A model generated the notes under the pieces. It ran no database searches. It worked only from the letters and a program-made list of their open reading frames with translations, and had not been told where the DNA came from. This document shows positions 1 to 8,687 of a DNA stretch of 64,000 nucleotides, piece after piece; the first letter of the stretch is position 1; the number at the start of each line of letters is the position of its first letter. The DNA is taken from NCBI GenBank assembly GCA_019234695.1, contig GCA_019234695.1_3937.1; one strand, written 5' to 3'. This DNA comes from a phage. The translations under genes were made by a program, and so were the position numbers.

Positions 1-113
1 AAAAAAAGCTTCTACAATCCAAACAAACAGATGCTTGAAAGTAACTTTGCAGTATCTACAAGTATCGTCCATGACAGAAGCTTTATCCTTTACAAAAATA
101 TGAGAGGTGAGTC

Positions 114-290
114 ATGCAAGCATATTGGGTAGAAATTTTACTGTCACTTGGTAGTGTAGCAGTCTTTGTTTATCTTCTTTGTAAGTACTTTGCAGAACAC
201 AAGAAGTGTGACTACTGTAACGGAGAAGGGTATACAAGAGCAGGTTGTTGCCCTATGTGTGGTGGTTCTGGTAAAATGTTTAATAAGTAA
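114..290 (+). CDS. small membrane-anchored Cys4 zinc-ribbon protein (58 aa, below ORF-track cutoff)
   Basis: ATG at 114 after GAGAGGTGAG RBS; reads without stop to TAA at 288-290; hydrophobic N-terminus then CDYC...CPMC. Confidence 0.35.
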   Translation: MQAYWVEILLSLGSVAVFVYLLCKYFAEHKKCDYCNGEGYTRAGCCPMCGGSGKMFNK

Positions 291-318
291 TTTAACAGTA
301 AACTAAGAGGAAAGTATT

Positions 319-2685
319 ATGCGCATGGTAAATGACCACGCAGAAGTGATTAAGAGTTCAACTTCTTTAGAGACGTCTCAAGCACAGATTACAATGACAC
401 CTGAGATGTTCAGCCTTTTGAGTTCTGGTGTGTATACCTTTAAAGAAAGGGCAGTGATTCGTGAACTGTCATGTAACGCAGTAGATGCTCAGAAAGAAGC
501 TGGAAAAGAGAACATCCCGTTCCATGTGCATTTACCTACTCGTTTTGAGCCTTACTTTGAAGTTCGTGATTTTGGAACTGGATTGACTCATGATAAAGTT
601 ATGAGTTTGTACCTAAACTACGGGGCTTCTACGAAGAATGACTCTAATGACTACATTGGTGCAATGGGTATCGGCTCAAAATCACCATTTGCAATTGCTC
701 AGTCATTCACAGTGTCTAGCTATGTTGATGGTGTTGTTAATAAGTACTCTGTTTATCTTGAGAATGGTATCCCTCAAGTAACTAAGCTGACCACTAACCC
801 AACAAAAGAACCTAATGGTTTAGCTGTACGTGTGGCAGTTGCTGACCACCGTATCTCAAAGTTCTTTGAAGAAGCTGGAAATGTGTACTCATACTTCACT
901 GTAAAACCAGAAAGTAATATTGAGTACGACGATGTATTAGCAGACATGAACGTCATTGCCCGTGAAGAAGGTGTTTACGATGCCATGATTCATAAGCAAA
1001 GCTGGCGTTCTAGTGGTAACAGGACAGAGTTTAATGTGGTGATGGGTAATATTGCCTATCCAGTGAACATGGAAGCATTACTTGGTGATGATTTCTTCAA
1101 AGTCTTGCCAGAGTTTTTCCGTAGGAGCGTAGACCTTGTAAACATCTACATGCCTATTGGTTCAGTTGCTATAGCAGCTTCTCGTGAAGCATTGCAGATG
1201 AATGATACGACAAAAAATGTTATCATTGAGGCTACTAAAAAGATAACTGAAGCCATTACAAAGGATGTTATCAAGAAAGTTAATAGCCAACCTACACTCA
1301 TGGATGCTGCACAGGCTTATGCTGAGTTACGTTTGAACTCACGAGAGATGTTTAATGCTGTGTGTCCAAAGCTAGAGTGGGGAGGCGTTAAGCTTGATTC
1401 TCTGGAAGAAGAATTGCTAAACATTCGTCGTGGGATTATCTACGCAGAAGACGGCTCAGTCATTTATGAACGTGACGGTAAAGGCAATATTAAGGTTGAT
1501 AGGAACGGGAACAATATCCCTAAAGTAGATTATCTTTATAACCCAGTTGCTTATGTCAAGTTCAACTCTTTAGAGAGTAAGATTCGTGCAACAGCACTTT
1601 CCTACACTCAAGAGGCAAGTATGTTCAATATCTTTGGTGCAATGCGTAAAAGCCAAATTGAACAGTTTTTGTTCGTGATTAATGACCGTCGCAATAAAAA
1701 CGGCACTGAGAAGACTGTAGGACGAAACCAAATCTTGCGTGGTGCATGTCGAGACTACGCTAACGAATCAAGCCTGTTCCACAGATACAATGGTATTGTG
1801 TTTGTATTCTCGACTGAAAAAGAGTTAGATGATTTAATCAATCTACACAAACTTGATAAAAGCTTGTTAAAGATTGTGAAGATGTCTGATAAGGAACACC
1901 ACTATCAGCGTAAAGAAGCTGTAAGGGGTGTTGTAAAACTCTGGAAAGCTGTTCCAGCAGAAACTAAAGCTTCATACAAAGAGGTGTCAGAAGACTTAGA
2001 CACAATTGAAGAGCCTCAGCTTTATATTAAGGCAGTAGGTGACACAGTTGATGGTAGATGTTTTTGCTCATCTCCAGAGGATGTAGCTAAGTCAGTTGCT
2101 AATGTTACAGGCAAGACAGTCTATGTTTTCCGAAAAGCAAATTGGAAAAAGATACCAGAAGACTGGATTGAAGTAGATGAGAAGCTCTTGAACGACAGCT
2201 TAACTGATGTTCATTGGATTAACCATAACAGGTATATGACACGCATCTACATGGATGGTGTCCTCGACCTTACAAGCAGTTGGATTATTGCCAGAAACTT
2301 TACGTTCAATAACAGGAAGATTTCTCGCGGGTATTGTTATTCAAGGGATACTATTAAGACAATCTTCTTAGAAGGGAATGAAGATGCTGTTGAGGCAATG
2401 TTCGGTAAGATTCAGTATGTGGCTGCACCGTTTGCATACACTTACACTATCAGTGTTCTTCAGGATTTGAAGTCATGCCTTGATAATGACACAAAACTGT
2501 ACAAAAAGATTAAAAAAGCAGGTGACCGCATGGTTATCAAGCTGACAAACTATCTTTCAAAAAGAAAACAAGAAAACTTCTTGCTTTCACACTTAGATTG
2601 GAATAAAGTATCACCTATCGAAGTGAGTAAGTTTTTAGGCTTTAATGTGAAATGTGTTCCAGAAGGTACAACAATTTACGATTAA
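319..2685 (+). CDS. rIIA: rIIA protein (GHKL/HATPase-like N-terminus)
   Basis: 788 aa; N-terminal motifs AVIRELSCNAVDA, FEVRDFGTGL, GAMGIGSKSPF colinear with T4 rIIA; RBS AGAGGA. Confidence 0.85.
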   Translation: MRMVNDHAEVIKSSTSLETSQAQITMTPEMFSLLSSGVYTFKERAVIRELSCNAVDAQKEAGKENIPFHVHLPTRFEPYFEVRDFGTGLTHDKVMSLYLNYGASTKNDSNDYIGAMGIGSKSPFAIAQSFTVSSYVDGVVNKYSVYLENGIPQVTKLTTNPTKEPNGLAVRVAVADHRISKFFEEAGNVYSYFTVKPESNIEYDDVLADMNVIAREEGVYDAMIHKQSWRSSGNRTEFNVVMGNIAYPVNMEALLGDDFFKVLPEFFRRSVDLVNIYMPIGSVAIAASREALQMNDTTKNVIIEATKKITEAITKDVIKKVNSQPTLMDAAQAYAELRLNSREMFNAVCPKLEWGGVKLDSLEEELLNIRRGIIYAEDGSVIYERDGKGNIKVDRNGNNIPKVDYLYNPVAYVKFNSLESKIRATALSYTQEASMFNIFGAMRKSQIEQFLFVINDRRNKNGTEKTVGRNQILRGACRDYANESSLFHRYNGIVFVFSTEKELDDLINLHKLDKSLLKIVKMSDKEHHYQRKEAVRGVVKLWKAVPAETKASYKEVSEDLDTIEEPQLYIKAVGDTVDGRCFCSSPEDVAKSVANVTGKTVYVFRKANWKKIPEDWIEVDEKLLNDSLTDVHWINHNRYMTRIYMDGVLDLTSSWIIARNFTFNNRKISRGYCYSRDTIKTIFLEGNEDAVEAMFGKIQYVAAPFAYTYTISVLQDLKSCLDNDTKLYKKIKKAGDRMVIKLTNYLSKRKQENFLLSHLDWNKVSPIEVSKFLGFNVKCVPEGTTIYD

Positions 2686-2690
2686 AGTGT

Positions 2691-2719
2691 TTGACAAGGG
2701 GCTTTGAAGCCCCTTAGAA
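2691..2719 (+). promoter_or_regulatory. sigma70-like promoter with stem-loop in spacer
   Basis: TTGACA-17-TAGAAT; spacer is hairpin AAGGGGC-TTTGAA-GCCCCTT; upstream of rIIB. Confidence 0.4.
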
Positions 2720-2764
2720 TATCCTCACAAAATGATTTATTAACTAACAAGAGAGAGTAATAAG

Positions 2765-3874
2765 ATGACTACTAAAACTAAAGCACAGATTGACGCAGAA
2801 ATTTACAAACTGGTTAAAGAAGGTAAGCTGACTAAAACAGCTATTGCACAGAAATTTAATACTTCAACCCGTTCAGTCGGTCGTGCTGTAGAGCGTCATG
2901 AAGCAACCTTAAAAGGGAATAAGAAGGCAACTTCTACACCAGCTACGAAGTCTTTGAAACAAGTTGCTAAGACTTTTAAAAAGAAAGCTGGCAAACCAGT
3001 TGAAAAGGTTGTTAAAGATGCTGTACAGAAAGCTCCAGTAAATAAACTGCATGAAGCTATGCAGAAAGATGACAAGATTGAGTACATGATTACTGGTGAC
3101 TCTGTAATTATGACTTACGGTTCAGAGTCTGAAATTGTTGAGTCTACTCATCCGAACTATCAAGAGATTGTAGTTCATGTTGTGAAAGGTGAGTTTAAGA
3201 AAGCCTTTGAACTGATGAACATTCGTAAGTCTATCGAAAACTTCACTCAGGGTGCTATCACAATCAAAGGTGACAAACTATTCTACGGTGCTGTTGAGAT
3301 GCGTTCTACTCTGGTTGACCGTATTCTTCACATGATGAAGACTGGAGATAAAGGTTTTGAACGCCTTGTAATGTTCTTTGAAAAACTGATGGAAAACCCA
3401 TCTAAAGACTCTGTAGAACAACTTTGGGGCTTCGTATCTCACCTTGATGTTGAAATTGATGAAGAAGGCTACATCATTGGTTGGAAGAAAGTCTCTACTC
3501 GTGAAGGTAAGCTGGTTGACTCCCACACCTACAAAGTTCCTAACGATTTGGGTAACATTGTAGAGATGCCACGTTGGATGGTTGATAATAACCGTAACGT
3601 GACTTGCTCTCAAGGTCTTCATGTTGGTGCTTGGGATTATGTTCGTTGTTTCTCAGGTGATACAATTCTGAAGGTTCGTGTCCATCCACGAGATGTTGTA
3701 TCTGTTCCAACTGATTACAACGATATGAAGATGCGCTCATCTCGTTATGAAGTTGCAGCAATCGTTGATAATCAACGTAAAGTGTTGAAAGCATGGGATG
3801 GCAAGACTGAAGCTTTACATGTCATCGTTGGTACTGCTGGTGAACTCATCTCTCAGCGTAAACGTGAAATCTAA
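2765..3874 (+). CDS. rIIB: rIIB protein
   Basis: 369 aa; C-terminal half colinear with T4 rIIB (LFYGAVEMRSTLVDRIL, GLHVGAWDY, DVVSVP); directly downstream of rIIA. Confidence 0.85.
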   Translation: MTTKTKAQIDAEIYKLVKEGKLTKTAIAQKFNTSTRSVGRAVERHEATLKGNKKATSTPATKSLKQVAKTFKKKAGKPVEKVVKDAVQKAPVNKLHEAMQKDDKIEYMITGDSVIMTYGSESEIVESTHPNYQEIVVHVVKGEFKKAFELMNIRKSIENFTQGAITIKGDKLFYGAVEMRSTLVDRILHMMKTGDKGFERLVMFFEKLMENPSKDSVEQLWGFVSHLDVEIDEEGYIIGWKKVSTREGKLVDSHTYKVPNDLGNIVEMPRWMVDNNRNVTCSQGLHVGAWDYVRCFSGDTILKVRVHPRDVVSVPTDYNDMKMRSSRYEVAAIVDNQRKVLKAWDGKTEALHVIVGTAGELISQRKREI

Positions 3875-3887
3875 TAAGTAATTTCTT

Positions 3888-3914
3888 AAAAGGCTGCTTC
3901 GGCGGCCTTTTTTA
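3888..3914 (+). terminator. intrinsic terminator after rIIB
   Basis: AGGCTGC-TTCG-GCGGCCT followed by TTTTTT. Confidence 0.65.
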
Positions 3915-3943
3915 TTTGTATTTTGTGCAGAGTGCTGTATAAT
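3915..3943 (+). promoter_or_regulatory. promoter-like element
   Basis: TATAAT at 3938-3943 with weak -35; shares TTGTGCAG motif with 8.1 kb repeats. Confidence 0.35.
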
Positions 3944-3974
3944 TGTTGTCACGATAAACTAAACAGGAGAACCA

Positions 3975-4523
3975 ATGAAGAAATTGATTCTAGGTTTGTG
4001 CTTAATGTTTACAGCACACTTATCTTATGCAGTTGACTGCCCAGAGCTATCAATTAGCCAAAAAGTAAACATGTTAAAAGCTTACCAGTATGGTGAGAAT
4101 AACATGGGTAAAGGTTGGGGTATCACTCTAGCTGCTATAGCCTTACAAGAGTCAGAGTTAGGTCTGAAGGTAGAGAATAAAAAGACACATGATTATGGTA
4201 TTTTCCAGAATCACTTGAAGACTGTTGTAAAGCGTAACAACATTAGTCCTAATGTGGCTAAAAAGAAACTCTTAAAAGACTTTGACTATGCTGCAAAGGA
4301 AACGCACAAAGAACTTGAGTTTTGGACAAAGGTGCATGGTCAGCCAAAGTCAAAGAAGACTTTACAAAAAGTTTTAGCATCATATAATGCTGGGTATTCG
4401 TACAGAATCCCTAAAGCTAAGAAATACTCTCAAGATGTCTATAACAATATGAAAGTTATCGCTCAATGTGAATTTGCAACAAACATTTCTAAGGTAAACC
4501 ATGAAAAAATTAAGAAAGTCTGA
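3975..4523 (+). CDS. secreted lytic transglycosylase-like protein (SLT domain)
   Basis: N-terminal signal peptide MKKLILGLCLMFTAHLSYA; SLT-type motifs ALQESELG, YGIFQ, SYNAG. Confidence 0.55.
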   Translation: MKKLILGLCLMFTAHLSYAVDCPELSISQKVNMLKAYQYGENNMGKGWGITLAAIALQESELGLKVENKKTHDYGIFQNHLKTVVKRNNISPNVAKKKLLKDFDYAAKETHKELEFWTKVHGQPKSKKTLQKVLASYNAGYSYRIPKAKKYSQDVYNNMKVIAQCEFATNISKVNHEKIKKV

Positions 4524-5196
4524 TGAAGTCCTGTGCCACGCTTATGACTTGCATCCTCATGAGTTAGGTCTTGATTCCTGTGTATGGACTCCAGAACAGT
4601 GCAGAGATTTTGAAGACACTGCAAGAGAGGTTGTATGTTCACTTGAAGAGTTCCACACATCAGAACCCATTGTGAACGTTGTGGACAAAGAGACTGGACA
4701 AACTATAGGTGTAAGGCGTGATAGTTTAGTAATAGTCAATAAAGACCTTGTAGAAAAAGGTAACCTCATCTTAGCAGATATTGATGGTGTTCTTACAAAT
4801 TTTAATCACGAAGATTGCTCAACGGAATTGACTGATGGGTCATTCTCACAGTACACTAATCTTCTTGATTCTGTAAGAGCAAAACCAACATATGTTTTCA
4901 ACATTATTGATGCAATTGCAAATCATGCAGCAGTTGGACTCTTGACAGCAAGAGGTGAATCTCAGAGAGTACCTACTGAGATGTTTTTAAGGCATTACAT
5001 AGAGCATGATTACATGCTTTTTATGCGTGGTTTTGGAACTAACTCTATAAGTGCAGAAAGTTTGAAAGTGAGGATGATTCAGTCTTGCATTCTTCCTTAC
5101 TTTAATATAGTATGCTTTATAGAAGATACAGAGAAGAATGTTCAGAAGGTAAACAGAATCCTTCCACACATTAAAACCATGTTAGTTAAACATTGA
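4501..5196 (+). CDS. HAD-like hydrolase/phosphatase candidate
   Basis: ORF track; DxDG motif LADIDGVLTNF typical of HAD motif I; start overlaps preceding gene, exact start uncertain. Confidence 0.35.
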   Translation: MKKLRKSDEVLCHAYDLHPHELGLDSCVWTPEQCRDFEDTAREVVCSLEEFHTSEPIVNVVDKETGQTIGVRRDSLVIVNKDLVEKGNLILADIDGVLTNFNHEDCSTELTDGSFSQYTNLLDSVRAKPTYVFNIIDAIANHAAVGLLTARGESQRVPTEMFLRHYIEHDYMLFMRGFGTNSISAESLKVRMIQSCILPYFNIVCFIEDTEKNVQKVNRILPHIKTMLVKH

Positions 5197-5672
5197 GAGA
5201 AGAACTTATGAACAATATCATTACGGTAGCACTGGACGATACGGCAAACAAATCTGAAGTAGTTCGTAAAATGATTCAAGGTAACTTTGAAGGTAAAATT
5301 TTCCGTGCTGTTAATGTAAAAGCTGATGGCAGTATTCGTGAATACCGTGCATTGTTGAATGTTAAAAAGCACGTAAAAGGTGCTGGTTCAACGACTGCAC
5401 ACAAAGAAAACCTGATGACTATCTATGATATGGGTAAGGCTTCAGAGTTAGGTGCTGAAGGTATCGTTAAAGAAGGTGCTCCGTATCGCTCTTTCAATCT
5501 GGAAACTACTCTTATGCTTTCCTTTACGAGTGGTTCTAAAACAATCACTTATCTCTTTACTGATGCTGCAACGGTATCTGCTATTAAGGATAGCACTGTC
5601 AAAGCTGGCGTAGTTGCTGCTGCAAAAGCTTCTTCGATGGCTGCAAATATCCTTGCTAAAGTCCTCGGTTAA
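5193..5672 (+). CDS. hypothetical protein
   Basis: ORF track; followed by GGCTCC-TTCG-GGAGCC-TTTTT terminator; true start may be the internal ATG at 5208. Confidence 0.5.
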   Translation: MREELMNNIITVALDDTANKSEVVRKMIQGNFEGKIFRAVNVKADGSIREYRALLNVKKHVKGAGSTTAHKENLMTIYDMGKASELGAEGIVKEGAPYRSFNLETTLMLSFTSGSKTITYLFTDAATVSAIKDSTVKAGVVAAAKASSMAANILAKVLG

Positions 5673-5683
5673 GGTTAAGATAC

Positions 5684-5706
5684 AGGCTCCTTCGGGAGCC
5701 TTTTTC
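5684..5706 (+). terminator. intrinsic terminator
   Basis: GGCTCC-TTCG-GGAGCC followed by TTTTT. Confidence 0.7.
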
Positions 5707-5724
5707 ATTTCAGGAGATTGTTAA

Positions 5725-6072
5725 ATGACATTTAAAGAGTTCTGTCAAGCTACTTTCATAATTGTTTTCTTAGTTGGGGCAGGTGTCTGGGGAGGATACT
5801 CTTACAGAGACTACCAAGTTGCTGAAACTGAGCTAAACAACCAGAAGCTAATAAGTGTTGCTAAAGATGCTTATCAGGAAGGATTAGCTACACTGAGCAC
5901 CAATTACAAAAATGATTTGAAAGACGTGCTTGCTAAGAATAAGCACACAAAAGAGGTACTGACATATGAAAAGACTAAGCCAGAGTTTTATAATGTTTGT
6001 GTTACTGATAACTATGTCAGGGTGTTCAACGAACAAAGTGAACAGTACATTCAAAAACTCCCAAGTAAGTGA
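5725..6072 (+). CDS. i-spanin candidate (N-terminal TM, helical periplasmic domain)
   Basis: 115 aa; single N-terminal TM FIIVFLVGAGVWGGY; 3-prime end overlapped out of frame by a lipoprotein ORF. Confidence 0.45.
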   Translation: MTFKEFCQATFIIVFLVGAGVWGGYSYRDYQVAETELNNQKLISVAKDAYQEGLATLSTNYKNDLKDVLAKNKHTKEVLTYEKTKPEFYNVCVTDNYVRVFNEQSEQYIQKLPSK

Positions 6073-6235
6073 GAGTGATAAGTACACTCAAGAAGAGTCA
6101 AGATTCACTGTCAAAGGTAATACTGGTAGTGATGTGGCAGCAGCCCTTGAGTTTTATCGTGATGGTTTTTACCAGTGCACAATCAAAGCTAATAACCTTA
6201 TTGACATGATTTTATTAGGGAATAAGCAGCAATGA
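5966..6235 (+). CDS. o-spanin candidate (small lipoprotein)
   Basis: signal peptide ending ITMSGC (imperfect lipobox); overlaps 5725..6072 by ~107 nt in another frame; start may be the internal ATG near 5993. Confidence 0.4.
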   Translation: MKRLSQSFIMFVLLITMSGCSTNKVNSTFKNSQVSESDKYTQEESRFTVKGNTGSDVAAALEFYRDGFYQCTIKANNLIDMILLGNKQQ

Positions 6236-6501
6236 CAGAGAATCAAGACACTTTCTATGTAGAAGGTTACTTACTGTTGCCACGACCAAAAGAAACTTAT
6301 ATGCGAATCGATTTCTTACCAACCATTATGGATAATGTGATGTGTCATATCTTTATGCAAGGTGTCACAGCACAGCTTAAGCATGTTGGTAAAGATTGCA
6401 AAATAAAGGTTGACACTCATCCAGAAATCAAAGAGAATCACTACACATGGTTCTTACCAGATTCTAAAGAAATCTTAGCAGTTCTTAAAACGAGGAAGTA
6501 A
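6232..6501 (+). CDS. hypothetical protein
   Basis: ORF track; start/stop overlap with neighbours. Confidence 0.45.
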   Translation: MTENQDTFYVEGYLLLPRPKETYMRIDFLPTIMDNVMCHIFMQGVTAQLKHVGKDCKIKVDTHPEIKENHYTWFLPDSKEILAVLKTRK

Positions 6502-6503
6502 CT

Positions 6504-6830
6504 ATGCAGATTAATGGAAGAGACTTTGTAGCCGTTTACTACGAGAAAGATAAAGAAGTTGGCGTAGCACAAGTGTCTTATGGCAATGGTAAGTGGCTAT
6601 ATGGAACAATCGCAGTAGTTGGAACAAGAAGTGATACAAAAACTTTTAAAGATTGTGTTGACCTTCTTGAAGAATCCATTCAGAATCATTGGTGTCTGAT
6701 ATGGATGACTGACAATGAAGTGATAGAACGCTTCAAAAAGATTGATATCAACATTGATAGTATTGAGCATGTTGATTTATATGAGCTAACTGAGAAGGTA
6801 AACTATGAGAGTAATTCTAGCCAGAGATAA
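6504..6830 (+). CDS. hypothetical protein
   Basis: ORF track; tightly packed in same operon. Confidence 0.45.
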   Translation: MQINGRDFVAVYYEKDKEVGVAQVSYGNGKWLYGTIAVVGTRSDTKTFKDCVDLLEESIQNHWCLIWMTDNEVIERFKKIDINIDSIEHVDLYELTEKVNYESNSSQR

Positions 6831-7032
6831 AAAGACACGGAAACTCATCCGGTCAGCAGTATTCATTGGAAGAAATGAAGTCATCCCGTTTACAGCAAAC
6901 GATGTGATAGCCTACAGGAAAAACTTAGTATTTAGTGATTGCTTGCGTGGCTTCATCTCCCAACCGTTGGAAGACTTTAAAAGCCGTTGTGGTAAAGGTA
7001 TCATCATTCAAGAGGCAATTATCAATGGCTGA
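6805..7032 (+). CDS. hypothetical protein
   Basis: ORF track. Confidence 0.4.
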   Translation: MRVILARDKKTRKLIRSAVFIGRNEVIPFTANDVIAYRKNLVFSDCLRGFISQPLEDFKSRCGKGIIIQEAIING

Positions 7033-7225
7033 CTTCTGCAAAGACTGTTCTATAGAAATGTTTGGACGTGATACAGGTGACTTAAAAGGTCTTATCACTG
7101 AGGATGACTTTAAAGCTGGCTACGCAATGCCAGTAATCTGTGAAGGTTGTGGGTGCATCTGGGTAGACCACGAAGGACAGCGTGTAAAACCTTCAGAAGA
7201 TAAAGAATCTTGGGAGAGATGTTAA
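7025..7225 (+). CDS. small Cys-rich zinc-binding protein
   Basis: internal ATG at 7025 (MADFCKDCS...) after AGAGG RBS, trimmed from ORF 6935..7225; CxxC and CEGCGC motifs. Confidence 0.4.
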   Translation: MADFCKDCSIEMFGRDTGDLKGLITEDDFKAGYAMPVICEGCGCIWVDHEGQRVKPSEDKESWERC

Positions 7226-8005
7226 ATGGGTATTGTAAAAGTTGTGAAAGGTAACTTACTAGCTGCCTTCAAAAACACAGACATTGAGTTAATTGCTCAT
7301 GGTTGCAACTGCCGTAACCTCATGGGTGCCGGAATCGCTCAAAAAATTGCTAAGATTTTCCCAAAAGCTGAAGAAGCTGACCGGAAATTCCATAAAAAGT
7401 TTGGCTACAGCGCTCATGATATCGGATACCAGATGGTTGGTGAGGTGTCACATGCTCGAACGGAGTATGGTTACATTTTTAACCTGTATACACAGTTAGA
7501 TGTTGGGAAGTGTGCATCATACCGATACTTAGTGGAGTCACTAGAAAAACTCCGTAAATTTTGCTGGATGCACAACATTCGTAAGATTGGTTTACCCATG
7601 ATTGGTGCAGGTATCGGTGGTTTAGACGCACAAGCTGTGAAAAGCCTCATTAATAGCGTTATGTACAACGTTGATGTGTACCTATACGTCTATGATGAAG
7701 CAATGGCAACTGTAGTTACCCCTAAGTATGCCACCTCAGCACCACAATTCTATGATGGTGTCGTGCTAAGTGACGGTAAGTCTAACCATGTTACCCTCTA
7801 TCAGCTTGTTGATGGTAAGGTCGAGGCTAGTTACCCTCTGGTTAGTGAGATGGGTATGTGTAATAGTGAAATGTTCTCAATTGACCCGTTTGGTAGATAC
7901 GAAGGGGTGTTCTTTGATAACTACCCAGCAGCATACATCTACACAACAAATCAGGATGAAGTTCACTACTTGCTGTATTCTAAAAAGTTCAAATTCATAA
8001 ACTGA
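7226..8005 (+). CDS. macro-domain protein, TARG1/OARD1-like ADP-ribose hydrolase fold, with ~100 aa C-terminal extension
   Basis: IAHGCNCRNLMGAGIAQKIAKIFP and IGLPMIGAGIGGLDAQAVKSLI resemble TARG1 motifs LAHCISEDCRMGAGIA and MPRIGCGLDRL (recalled from memory). Confidence 0.65.
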   Translation: MGIVKVVKGNLLAAFKNTDIELIAHGCNCRNLMGAGIAQKIAKIFPKAEEADRKFHKKFGYSAHDIGYQMVGEVSHARTEYGYIFNLYTQLDVGKCASYRYLVESLEKLRKFCWMHNIRKIGLPMIGAGIGGLDAQAVKSLINSVMYNVDVYLYVYDEAMATVVTPKYATSAPQFYDGVVLSDGKSNHVTLYQLVDGKVEASYPLVSEMGMCNSEMFSIDPFGRYEGVFFDNYPAAYIYTTNQDEVHYLLYSKKFKFIN

Positions 8006-8035
8006 TTAGTGCTTCACAGCACCTATAATTAATCT

Positions 8036-8085
8036 AAAAAGGCCGCCTAACCCATTGAAAAATTTAAGGTAAGGCGGCCTTTTTC
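8036..8085. terminator. large-loop hairpin with A-tract/T-tract flanks
   Basis: AAAAAGGCCGCC ... GGCGGCCTTTTT with ~24-nt loop after macro-domain gene. Confidence 0.45.
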
Positions 8086-8228
8086 ATTTTCAATTTGTGC
8101 AGGTAGCTGTATAGGTCTGCACAGGTGTCTCAAAAAATCTCATCGCCGGATAGAAAAATCATTTTCAAAACGTGCAGACCCCGCTCAGGTCGGGCAAGAA
8201 AAATCATTTTAGAATTGTGCAGGTAGGT
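8081..8228. repeat. three direct repeats (~28 bp) sharing TCATTTT..TGTGCAG core
   Basis: copies at 8081-8106, 8155-8180, 8201-8228; first copy inside palindrome TGTGCAG..CTGCACA; C-rich tract at 8250-8282. Confidence 0.5.
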
Positions 8229-8401
8229 TTTTATGGGGAGCCAGACCAACCCCTCCCCCCCTCTTACTCCACCTCTCCCCAAAAGTCAAGAGAAAAATTT
8301 GTAGCGGGTTGAAAAATAATTCTTGATTTGTGTTCTGTTTTGTGGTAGTCGTGCGCGCACGTTCATTTCCCAACCTTACAAAAAATATTTAATAAAAACC
8401 G

Positions 8402-8430
8402 TTGACACGACAAACAAGTTTACGTACTAT
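8402..8430 (+). promoter_or_regulatory. sigma70-like early promoter
   Basis: TTGACA-17-TACTAT. Confidence 0.55.
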
Positions 8431-8479
8431 TTGCATCAGACGGGCAAGCAAGCCCACTTCCTAAACTGGAGAATCGAAA

Positions 8480-8686
8480 ATGCTTTATAGTCGTGAATTG
8501 ATGGTTACAACTAACGTTAACACAAAGGTAAAACGTTTTTACATGCAAGTATGTGGCGCATGGTCTAGAATATCAGAGGCTGACTATTGCAACTATGTAG
8601 AAACAGCTATAAACTCTAATTGCTACCTTACAAGAAATACAAGAAAGTACATAAGACAGACAGCAGTTTATTACTACGATGTCTAA
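8480..8686 (+). CDS. hypothetical small protein
   Basis: ORF track; conserved leader CTAAACTGGAGA..AAAATG; upstream TTGACA-17-TACTAT promoter. Confidence 0.5.
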   Translation: MLYSRELMVTTNVNTKVKRFYMQVCGAWSRISEADYCNYVETAINSNCYLTRNTRKYIRQTAVYYYDV

Positions 8687-8687
8687 T

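Noticed and set aside
2696-2715. Rho-independent terminator after rIIA
   Set aside because: Hairpin AAGGGGC-TTTGAA-GCCCCTT is not followed by a T-tract; it sits exactly between a TTGACA and a TAGAAT hexamer, so it is interpreted as a promoter-spacer stem-loop
774-4769. Short antisense or alternative-frame ORFs inside rIIA, rIIB and neighbours (774..956, 2896..3087, 3278..3622, 3540..3794, 4463..4660, 4557..4769)
   Set aside because: Fully nested within confidently called longer genes on the other strand or frame; no independent start signals
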